24,000 nucleotides of DNA, taken from assembly GCF_042429435.1 (NCBI RefSeq), contig NZ_JBHMAF010000196.1. One strand, written 5' to 3'. The notes beneath the pieces were generated by a model. The model was not told the DNA's origin. It was given only the letters and a program-made list of their open reading frames with translations, and made no database searches. The DNA comes from Ectobacillus funiculus. GTDB lineage: Bacteria > Bacillota > Bacilli > Bacillales > Bacillaceae_G. How positions within the stretch are numbered: the first letter of the stretch is position 1; each line of letters starts with the position of its first letter. Below, one piece after another: positions 17,352 to 24,000 of the stretch. The position numbers and the translations under genes were made by a program.

Positions 17352-18614
17352 ATGCTGGATACATTGCTTATCAATATTGGGCAGCTGCTCACGATGAATC
17401 ATGGAGAGAAGCCGTTAAAAGGGGAAGCAATGGGGAGGCTTCCCCGTATCGAGAACGGTGCAGTAGGGATAAAAGATGGAAGATTTGCTTTTGTTGGATC
17501 GATGGAAGAGGCGAAGCAGCTTAAAGCGGAGAAGGTAGTAGATTGCATGGGCAGGATTGTTTCGCCAGGTCTGATAGATCCTCATACACATGTTGTATTT
17601 GGCGGCTCTCGGGAGCATGAAATCTCGTTAAAGCTGCAGGGCGTACCATACCTAGAGATTTTAAAGCGGGGCGGCGGCATCTACTCCACTGTACAAGCGA
17701 CAAAGCAGCTGAGTGTGGAGGAGCTGAAAAGGAAAGCGAAGGGACATCTTGATCGGATGCTGTCCTATGGTGTTACAACAGCGGAAGCAAAAAGTGGTTA
17801 CGGCTTAGATAGAAAAACGGAGTGGAAGCAGCTGCAGGTGATACAAATGCTTCAGCAGGAGCACCCTATAGATCTTGTCCCAACCTTTTTAGGTGCACAT
17901 GCACTTCCGAAAGAATATGAGGGAAATGCGGCGGCTTTTTTGCAATCGATGATTCAGATATTGCCGGAGCTAAAAGGAATGGCTGAATTTGTTGACATTT
18001 TTTGTGAAACGGGTGTGTTTACGGTAGAGGAAGCAAGGGCTTATTTGCAAAAGGCTAAACAGTTTGGCTTCCATGTAAAGATGCACGCGGACGAAATTCA
18101 TTCGATTGGCGGGACAGAGGCAGCTGTAGAGCTTGGGGCAGCCTCGGCTGATCATTTGTGCGGTGCTTCCGAGAAAGGTATCGAAATGCTTGCCGCTTCT
18201 GATACGATTGCGGTCCTTTTACCCGGCACCACATTTTATTTAAATAAGGATCGTTATGCCAAGGCGCGCAGCCTAATTACAGCAGGTGCAGCTGTTGCAC
18301 TTGCCACAGACTTTAACCCAGGCAGCTGCCCGACAGAAAATATACAGCTGATTATGAGCCTTGCGCTCCTGAAGCTGAAGATGACACCAGAGGAAATTTG
18401 GAATGCTGTAACGGTAAATGCGGCACATGCAATTCACCGCGGAAGCTCGGCAGGACAAATTCAAGTCGGACGATTTGCTGATGCTGTTCTTTGGGATGCG
18501 CATCATTATGCGTACATTCCGTATCATTTTGGCGTGAATCATGCTGGAACCGTTTGGAAACATGGAAAAGTCGTATATCAGCGAGGTGAGGAAGCTTGCG
18601 CATTCCATACGTAA
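17352..18614 (+). CDS. hutI: imidazolonepropionase
   Basis: It starts 1 nt after the hutU stop. Amidohydrolase motifs are present ([25 protein letters not shown]). Confidence 0.96.
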   Translation: MLDTLLINIGQLLTMNHGEKPLKGEAMGRLPRIENGAVGIKDGRFAFVGSMEEAKQLKAEKVVDCMGRIVSPGLIDPHTHVVFGGSREHEISLKLQGVPYLEILKRGGGIYSTVQATKQLSVEELKRKAKGHLDRMLSYGVTTAEAKSGYGLDRKTEWKQLQVIQMLQQEHPIDLVPTFLGAHALPKEYEGNAAAFLQSMIQILPELKGMAEFVDIFCETGVFTVEEARAYLQKAKQFGFHVKMHADEIHSIGGTEAAVELGAASADHLCGASEKGIEMLAASDTIAVLLPGTTFYLNKDRYAKARSLITAGAAVALATDFNPGSCPTENIQLIMSLALLKLKMTPEEIWNAVTVNAAHAIHRGSSAGQIQVGRFADAVLWDAHHYAYIPYHFGVNHAGTVWKHGKVVYQRGEEACAFHT

Positions 18615-19537
18615 AAAAGCATGCCGCATTTTCTGATCGTGAAGTAACAAGATGGAATGACATTCTCAAGGATTGGGATGGAGCAGAAGCGCTCATAGGC
18701 CCTGTTATTCTTGGAGTCCCATTATCGAAGTCATCCATCAGTCATTCTGGCGCGTCCTTTGCTCCGCATGCGATTCGACGCATGCTAGGATTATATACAA
18801 CGTATCACATAGAGGATGAAAAGGATGCTGCAGACAGCGTACTATTAGATTGCGGGGATATAGAGATGCATGTTACAAACATACTGGAGAACCATAAACG
18901 AATAGAGCATGCCGTTTCTTTATTAACAGAACGGTATGAAAAAGCGATACCGATTATCCTTGGAGGCGACCATTCTATTAGCTTTCCTAGCATTAGCGGA
19001 TTTGCAAAGGGAAGAGGGAGGGTTGGCGTTATTCAATTTGATGCGCATCATGATTTACGAAATATAGAGGACGGCGGACCATCCAATGGTACACCGTTTC
19101 GGAATCTGCTTGAACATGGCGTGGTAGAAGGGGAGAATATAATCCAAATTGGCATCCGCAATTTTTCAAATGCCAAGGCATATCATGCATATGCTCTTGC
19201 AAAAGGAGTAACCGTTTACACAATGAAGCAGGTAAGGAACCGAGCGGTAACAGACATTGTACAGGAGAGTATTGAAAAGCTGCGTACCCGTGTAGACAGC
19301 ATATACGTTTCTATTGATATGGATGTACTGGATCAAGCTTGTGCGCCTGGGTGTCCTGCCATCGGTCCTGGGGGGCTGCATAGCCGGGAGCTGCTTGAGG
19401 CAGCGGCATTGCTTGGAAAAGAACCTCTTGTCGGAGCTGTAGATATTGTAGAGATTGATCCAACGATTGATTTTCGAGATATGACGAGCAGAATTGCTGC
19501 ACATATCGTCATGAGTTTTGTTTTGGAGCGATTATAG
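18596..19537 (+). CDS. hutG: formimidoylglutamase (arginase family)
   Basis: TTG start after GGTGAGG, overlapping the hutI end by 19 nt. Motifs [17 protein letters not shown] and SIDMDVLD are present. Confidence 0.93.
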   Translation: MRIPYVKKHAAFSDREVTRWNDILKDWDGAEALIGPVILGVPLSKSSISHSGASFAPHAIRRMLGLYTTYHIEDEKDAADSVLLDCGDIEMHVTNILENHKRIEHAVSLLTERYEKAIPIILGGDHSISFPSISGFAKGRGRVGVIQFDAHHDLRNIEDGGPSNGTPFRNLLEHGVVEGENIIQIGIRNFSNAKAYHAYALAKGVTVYTMKQVRNRAVTDIVQESIEKLRTRVDSIYVSIDMDVLDQACAPGCPAIGPGGLHSRELLEAAALLGKEPLVGAVDIVEIDPTIDFRDMTSRIAAHIVMSFVLERL

Positions 19538-19540
19538 CTG

Positions 19541-19586
19541 AAAACACCCCTGCTTAGGAGCACAGCTCATAAGCGGGGGTGTTTTT
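19541..19586 (+). terminator. hut operon terminator
   Basis: AAAACACCCCTGCTTA (19541-19556) pairs imperfectly with TAAGCGGGGGTGTTTT (19570-19585). The T run is included. Confidence 0.8.
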
Positions 19587-19593
19587 AAATTAC

Positions 19594-19721
19594 ACTTTAA
19601 GAAAGTATAAATTTCTAGCTAGATGCCAATTCGACGTAGCGAGAAATTTTAGGAATAAAGTATAAGTAGGGCTACGCCTCTGTCTTCGCCTAACGGCTCG
19701 CCAATCGGCGAGTTTTCTTTA
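19594..19721 (+). repeat. structured intergenic repeat, copy 6
   Basis: It follows ATTAC: ACTTTAAGAAAGTATAAATTTCTAGCTAGATGCCAATTCGACGTAGCGAGAAATTTTAGGAATAAAGTATAAGTAGGGCTACGCCTCTGTCTTCGCCTAACGGCTCGCCAATCGGCGAGTTTTCTTTAG. Confidence 0.9.
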
Positions 19722-19773
19722 GAAATAGATATATTTTTGTATGCTTTCTCGCATTACAAGCATTTCATCATGT

Positions 19774-20583
19774 TCAACCTCTTCGGAATAGTCCGAGTAC
19801 TTCCACGGTTTCGGTAATATTTACAAACGCATGCGGATCTGCTTCAGCAATTAATGCTTTAATATTTACAAGCTCCTCTTTTGCAATAACCGTCATGAGT
19901 ACGCGCTTTTTTTCGCTCGAATAAGCTCCTTCACCTTCTAGAAGCGTAATGCCGCGCACAATGCTAGAAAGCAGGCTTTGCTTCATTTCCTCTGCTTTGT
20001 TCGTTATGATCATAAGCGTAAGCTTTTTATGCTTCGTGTGGATGGCATCAATGACTTTTCCTGTTACATAGATAGAAAGCAGACTGTTTAAGGCAGAGTC
20101 CCAATTAAAGAAAAAACCAGAAATAAGAATTACTACTGCATTTAATACAATCAAAAATCCGCCAAGTTGTATCTCCTTCTTCCTGGAGAAGAGCATGCCT
20201 ACAATGTCAAAGCCTCCGGTCGAGCCTGCACAATTAAGTACAAGTCCGACCCCTGCACCAGTGAGGACACCGCCGAACAGAGAGGAAAGAAGAGACTCTG
20301 TTGCAATGGCCTGCACAGGGATGAAATACAAACCCGCTGAAATCACAAGAACAGATAAAACAGTGTAGCAAATAAACCGCTTGCCAAGACCTATGTAGCC
20401 TGCAATTAAAATAGGTATGTTCAGTAATAGGTTGATGAGTCCCGTGTTAAGCGGTGTCAAAATACCGATAATAATTGCGATACCGCTAATACCGCTGCTA
20501 AGGACATGATGCGGGATGAGAAAACAGTTAAAAGAAAAAGAGATGAGTACCGAGCCGAGAATAATCCCTAATAACTTGTACAT
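19774..20583 (-). CDS. YitT-family membrane protein (with C-terminal DUF2179-type domain)
   Basis: 269 aa with SD AAAGGACGG. It has five to six TM segments followed by a soluble C-terminal domain (TLMIITNKAEEM...VNITETVEVLG), typical of YitT. Confidence 0.85.
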   Translation of the reverse strand: MYKLLGIILGSVLISFSFNCFLIPHHVLSSGISGIAIIIGILTPLNTGLINLLLNIPILIAGYIGLGKRFICYTVLSVLVISAGLYFIPVQAIATESLLSSLFGGVLTGAGVGLVLNCAGSTGGFDIVGMLFSRKKEIQLGGFLIVLNAVVILISGFFFNWDSALNSLLSIYVTGKVIDAIHTKHKKLTLMIITNKAEEMKQSLLSSIVRGITLLEGEGAYSSEKKRVLMTVIAKEELVNIKALIAEADPHAFVNITETVEVLGLFRRG

Positions 20584-20853
20584 ACAATGAGACCGTCCTT
20601 TTTATCAATCTTATTGTGAATTATAAAGGTATTTGGCTCATTTGTGGAAAAACAGTTTATTTTGGAAAGTATAACTAGTTTGAAAAGTATAAAAATTTAA
20701 ATTTTAGCATGAATATTCATTTTTAAAGGAGATGTTGTTTTTACTTGCGGAAGGGAAGGCAAGTCAGCTATATAAGTGTTTGGATTGCATACTTATGAGA
20801 GCGGAAGAATGACACAAGCATAGAGGGCGCTCAACCAATGAGCGTCCTTTGTA

Positions 20854-21015
20854 CTAGAATAAGCCGACAATTGCTTCATATAATCGATACCCGAGATAGA
20901 TGCCGACAATTCCTAATACTCCTACTAAGGTAGGTGGAGCTGGAAGAGGAAGTTTGATAGCCGAAAATACTACACCAACGATGAGACCGGCAAGAATCGC
21001 TAAAGCGTATTGCAT
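20854..21015 (-). CDS. XapX-domain small membrane protein
   Basis: The real start is MQYALAILAGLIVG at 21015, after AAGGGGTG. The 53-aa protein has the XapX-like pattern LPLPAPPTLVGVLGIVGIYLGY. Confidence 0.65.
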   Translation of the reverse strand: MQYALAILAGLIVGVVFSAIKLPLPAPPTLVGVLGIVGIYLGYRLYEAIVGLF

Positions 21016-21118
21016 ATGACACCCCTTCTCGTAATACAAGATAAAGGTAGTATACGTCACCTTTCCAATCCTTATTTAACCTAACTTCACAAAGGAGAGC
21101 TTTTCCGGATGAAGGAGG

Positions 21119-21520
21119 CTATTTGCACCCTTCATCCGGAAAATGAATCGTATGCTCCTTTACCGAAACCATTTCATTTTTTGAAATATGGATTTCTAGT
21201 AAACCGTTTTCAAAAGAAGCATTCATACGTTTGTACATGATATTCACAGGCAGCTGTATATCACGCATGAGTGCAGGACCTGTTTTTGTTTGGATGAGAA
21301 TACGCAGTCCATTCTCTGTCTTTTCGATCATAATATCGCTTTGACAAGCATTGGGCGGGACATCGGCTTCCAAAATATACTCTTGTTCCGTTTCAAATAA
21401 ATCAATGCGAAGCCCTTCTGGATAATAAAAGCTAGCGTAAGGATCTGCGAAAAATTGGTCCATCCACTGTTCAAATCCTTCGACTTGAAAAAAGCAGTCC
21501 TTTTTTTTCTTTGCACACAT
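21119..21520 (-). CDS. cotM: spore coat protein CotM-like (alpha-crystallin/Hsp20 fold)
   Basis: The real start is MCAKKKKD at 21520, after GGAGGG. The segment WMDQFFADP....LRIDLFETEQEYILEADVP matches the CotM/ACD pattern. It is adjacent to sspP as in B. subtilis. Confidence 0.7.
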   Translation of the reverse strand: MCAKKKKDCFFQVEGFEQWMDQFFADPYASFYYPEGLRIDLFETEQEYILEADVPPNACQSDIMIEKTENGLRILIQTKTGPALMRDIQLPVNIMYKRMNASFENGLLEIHISKNEMVSVKEHTIHFPDEGCK

Positions 21521-21732
21521 GGCGCGAAACCCTCCGTTATTCTGATTCTTGATACATAATATACAGCGGGAGGATAGATAGGTGATATAAAGCGCAGAAT
21601 TGTATATCAATATCACATTATGTGGCCGAATGAGGGAATATGTAAACAAAGAAAAAAGGATTGTATTTGAATAATTGAACAATTGATGGAGAAATATGGA
21701 GACGAGACGTTAGACTTGTTTTTCGAGTTAGA

Positions 21733-21757
21733 AAGCCCGCTGAAGGCGGGCTTCATG
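21733..21757 (-). terminator. sspP terminator (weak U-tract)
   Basis: AAGCCCGC (21733-21740) pairs with GCGGGCTT (21746-21753). On the minus strand it is followed by TCTAAC, which gives the run CTTTCT. Confidence 0.55.
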
Positions 21758-21761
21758 TAAC

Positions 21762-21911
21762 TTATTGATCGTGATGGGTGTTATGTTTTTGACGTGTATG
21801 GTTACGGTTTTTTACTTTATGAGAGCCGCTCATTGGTTCCGGTTGACCGCTCGATGGTTGTGCGTCCTTCGGTGAGTTGCGACGAATGGATTTTGCGCTG
21901 TTTCGTTCCAT
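21762..21911 (-). CDS. sspP: small acid-soluble spore protein P
   Basis: It is not in the ORF track because it is under 60 aa. My translation is [49 protein letters not shown]. It matches B. subtilis SspP (...[23 protein letters not shown]...). SD is GGAAGGAGGG. Confidence 0.85.
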   Translation of the reverse strand: MERNSAKSIRRNSPKDAQPSSGQPEPMSGSHKVKNRNHTRQKHNTHHDQ

Positions 21912-21932
21912 GAAATATCCCTCCTTCCCTAT

Positions 21933-21961
21933 TAGGATGAGAGAATTTTGTGTAAATATAC
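21933..21961 (-). promoter_or_regulatory. sigma-G/F-type forespore promoter candidate for sspP
   Basis: On the minus strand: GTATA (21957-21961), 17 nt, then CATCCTA (21933-21939). This compares with the consensus GHATR - 17/18 - CATXHTA. Confidence 0.4.
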
Positions 21962-22027
21962 CTGTATGTTTTAGCGGGAAGCTACGAAATATATAGAGGA
22001 AAAGAGTGACAAGAAAGGGGATTTTTT

Positions 22028-22297
22028 ATGCCGTACAATAAAGATGAGCAGCAGGCGTTTCAAGCAGCGCAGCAAGGAACAAAGGAAGCAGTAAATATCG
22101 CAAGCAGCATCGTGGCAAATGACCCGGATTATGCAAGCCAGCTAAAGCATCTTCGCAAAGAGGTGGGCGAGGCATATGAGCAAATTCAAAATGCGTTAGA
22201 AAGCGCAACAGAAACGCAGTATGATCAATTGCAAAAATATGAACAGGATTTGCGCAAGATTATGCAAGATGTAGATGGACAGGATAGCTTTAGCTGA
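22028..22297 (+). CDS. hypothetical 89-aa Gln/Glu-rich helical protein
   Basis: It has SD AAAGGGGA and its own strong terminator. It sits on the opposite strand between sspP and sspO. No family is recognised. Confidence 0.6.
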   Translation: MPYNKDEQQAFQAAQQGTKEAVNIASSIVANDPDYASQLKHLRKEVGEAYEQIQNALESATETQYDQLQKYEQDLRKIMQDVDGQDSFS

Positions 22298-22300
22298 GGA

Positions 22301-22330
22301 AAAACCCGCCTATATTGGCGGGTTTTATGT
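22301..22330. terminator. bidirectional terminator
   Basis: AAAACCCGCC-TATATT-GGCGGGTTTT, with A and T runs on both sides. Confidence 0.8.
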
Positions 22331-22334
22331 TTAC

Positions 22335-22461
22335 ACTGTAGGAAGATATAAAGTTCCGGCTAGAAGTCCTTAACATAGCCGGAAATTTTAGGAATACAGT
22401 GTGAGTACAACTGCGCCTCTGTCTTCGCCTAACGGCTCATTAATTGGCGAGTTTTCTTTAC
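22335..22461 (+). repeat. structured intergenic repeat, copy 7
   Basis: It follows GTTTAC: ACTGTAGGAAGATATAAAGTTCCGGCTAGAAGTCCTTAACATAGCCGGAAATTTTAGGAATACAGTGTGAGTACAACTGCGCCTCTGTCTTCGCCTAACGGCTCATTAATTGGCGAGTTTTCTTTAC. The last 4 nt overlap the sspO stop codon. Confidence 0.9.
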
Positions 22462-22607
22462 TGATTCTTTTTTCGTTTTTTGTTGTTTTGACGCTGCGCA
22501 GCTGTCAGCGGTTCATTGGAAAACTCTTCGTTATAGCCTGTACCTATTCCTTGTGCGGATGCCGCATTCATGCCAGGAATGATATGATTCGCTTTTCGTT
22601 TTGCCAT
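22458..22607 (-). CDS. sspO: small acid-soluble spore protein O
   Basis: It is not in the ORF track. My translation is [49 protein letters not shown]. It matches B. subtilis SspO (M.KRKANH.I.GMN.A..QG.G.GY...........E.QNNKKRK.NQ). SD is GGAGGTGA. Confidence 0.85.
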   Translation of the reverse strand: MAKRKANHIIPGMNAASAQGIGTGYNEEFSNEPLTAAQRQNNKKRKKNQ

Positions 22608-22629
22608 TGTATATCACCTCCGTTGCACC

Positions 22630-22659
22630 TAGTATTTGATAGACGCTTGCTGTCTATTC
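22630..22659 (-). promoter_or_regulatory. sigma-G/F-type forespore promoter candidate for sspO
   Basis: On the minus strand: GAATA (22655-22659), 18 nt, then AATACTA (22630-22636). Confidence 0.4.
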
Positions 22660-22751
22660 GAGCCGAAAAAGAGGATGCCATTATGTTTGGTTATATTGAT
22701 GCATGTTTGTTCCACATTAAGAAAACAATATGCATGTATGAATGATTGTTT

Positions 22752-22766
22752 ATAACGAATACTTAT
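22752..22766 (+). promoter_or_regulatory. CcpC-type dyad upstream of citB
   Basis: ATAA-CGAATAC-TTAT fits the ATAA-N7-TTAT dyad bound by CcpC at the B. subtilis citB promoter. It lies about 140 nt upstream of the citB ATG. A second ATAA...TTAT (N5) follows at about 22774. Confidence 0.4.
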
Positions 22767-22903
22767 TGCAAACTATAAGTTTCTTATTATTTACTTATGT
22801 TCCAAGTTGTAATAAGATAGTATCGTAAGCTTTTGAAAGAGTTTGCATAAACTCCGTATTTAGAAAATTCAGCTTGTTTACGTTTAACAGGGGGGAAACA
22901 TAA

Positions 22904-24000
22904 ATGGTGAAACACGATCCATTCCACGCACGTACTTCTTTTGAAGTAAACGGCAAAACGTATCAATACTATCGTTTAAATGCGCTTGAGGACGCAGGGA
23001 TTGGCAAAATCTCTCGTTTACCTTATTCCATTAAAGTATTGCTCGAGTCCGTTCTTCGTCAAGTAGACGGCCGCGTTATTAAAAATGAGCATGTAGAAAA
23101 TTTAGCAAAATGGGGTACAGCCGATGTGAAAGACATCGATGTTCCATTTAAGCCTTCTCGCGTTATTTTGCAAGACTTCACAGGTGTACCGGCTGTTGTA
23201 GATTTAGCTTCCTTGCGTAAAGCTATGGCAGATTTAGGTGGAGATCCTGATAAAATTAATCCGGAGATTACGGTTGATCTTGTTATTGACCACTCCGTGC
23301 AAGTAGACAAGGCGGGTACAGAAGACTCGCTTCAATTCAACATGGACCTAGAGTTCAAACGAAATGAAGAGCGTTACAAATTCTTAAGCTGGGCGCAAAA
23401 ATCGTTCGATAACTACCGTGCGGTTCCGCCGGCAACTGGTATTGTCCACCAAGTTAACCTTGAGTATTTGGCTCCTGTCGTTCACGTGCAGGAAGTAGAC
23501 GGTGCACTTGTTGCATATCCAGACTCTTTAGTAGGTACAGACTCCCATACAACAATGATCAACGGTATCGGCGTTCTTGGATGGGGCGTAGGCGGTATCG
23601 AAGCGGAAGCTGGAATGCTAGGACAACCTTCTTACTTCCCAGTTCCTGAAGTAATCGGTGTGAAATTAACAGGATCGTTGCCAAGCGGTGTAACAGCAAC
23701 AGACGTTGCGTTAAAGGTTACACAAGTATTGCGTGCAAAAGGTGTAGTAGGCAAGTTCGTAGAATTCTTCGGACCTGGTCTTTCAAGCATGCCTCTTGCT
23801 GATCGTGCGACAGTGGCGAACATGGCTCCTGAGTACGGTGCAACCTGTGGTTTCTTCCCAATCGATGAAGCTTCCTTGAACTACCTTCGTCTAACAGGCA
23901 GAGAAGAAGAGCAAGTACGCGTTGTAGAAGAATATTGCAAAGCGAACGGATTGTTCTTCATAGCTGGTAGCGAAGACCCAATCTACACAGACCTTGTAGA
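22904..24000 (+). CDS. citB: aconitate hydratase A, 3' end cut by window edge
   Basis: It is not in the ORF track because there is no stop in the window. The ATG at 22904 follows GGGGGGAAAC. My translation is [53 protein letters not shown]...[24 protein letters not shown]..., a canonical aconitase N-terminus. Confidence 0.97.
   Translation, partial: MVKHDPFHARTSFEVNGKTYQYYRLNALEDAGIGKISRLPYSIKVLLESVLRQVDGRVIKNEHVENLAKWGTADVKDIDVPFKPSRVILQDFTGVPAVVDLASLRKAMADLGGDPDKINPEITVDLVIDHSVQVDKAGTEDSLQFNMDLEFKRNEERYKFLSWAQKSFDNYRAVPPATGIVHQVNLEYLAPVVHVQEVDGALVAYPDSLVGTDSHTTMINGIGVLGWGVGGIEAEAGMLGQPSYFPVPEVIGVKLTGSLPSGVTATDVALKVTQVLRAKGVVGKFVEFFGPGLSSMPLADRATVANMAPEYGATCGFFPIDEASLNYLRLTGREEEQVRVVEEYCKANGLFFIAGSEDPIYTDLV

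Noticed and set aside
20655-20705. GGAAAGTATAACTAG...GAAAAGTATAAAAATTTAAATTTTAGC as another repeat fragment
   Set aside because: Only the AAGTATAAA(T)TT core resembles the repeat left arm. There is no partner arm or 3' module. The similarity is short and in AT-rich DNA.
20690-20800. 26-aa ORF after AAAGGAG at about 20727
   Set aside because: The ATG directly abuts the SD-like sequence with no spacing, and the alternative TTG is 3 nt away. It is unlikely to be translated.
22401-22745. 114-aa + strand ORF
   Set aside because: It starts inside repeat copy 7 and runs antisense through sspO, whose identity is clear. The hydrophobic low-complexity product is an artefact.

Overview
This is a chromosomal window from a spore-forming member of the Bacillaceae. 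It is colinear with the Bacillus subtilis regions ynbB-glnR-glnA, lexA / yneB-ynzC-tkt-sirA-yneF-ccdA-ccdC / yneK, and cotM-sspP-sspO-citB. A complete hutPHUIG histidine-utilisation operon, with its HutP-type attenuator, sits between yneK and cotM together with YitT-family and XapX-type membrane genes. Most of the window is ordinary housekeeping or sporulation DNA. No defence system, CRISPR array, rRNA, tRNA or autonomous mobile element is visible. Two things are not explained by the gene map. (1) A family of about 118-135 bp structured intergenic repeats is present in 7 copies, all in the same orientation. Two pairs are head-to-tail tandems. Each copy has a long imperfect hairpin whose pairs covary between copies, and a 3' terminator-like hairpin. 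Junctions fall at TTTAC-like pentamers and twice abut stop codons. (2) A variable island between glnA and lexA contains 3.5 tandem 76-nt purine-rich units downstream of a good sigma-A-type promoter. Units 1 and 3 carry a hairpin presenting GGGA in its loop, with a 12/12 match to the CsrA SELEX consensus. I flag this as a candidate CsrA-titrating or SD-mimic small RNA. The strand and ends are unproven. The synteny differences from B. subtilis (yneA and ccdB/yneI absent, sspO-sspP split, no hutM) are noted as lower-interest observations. All family assignments rest on my own recognition of the proteins. No database search was possible.
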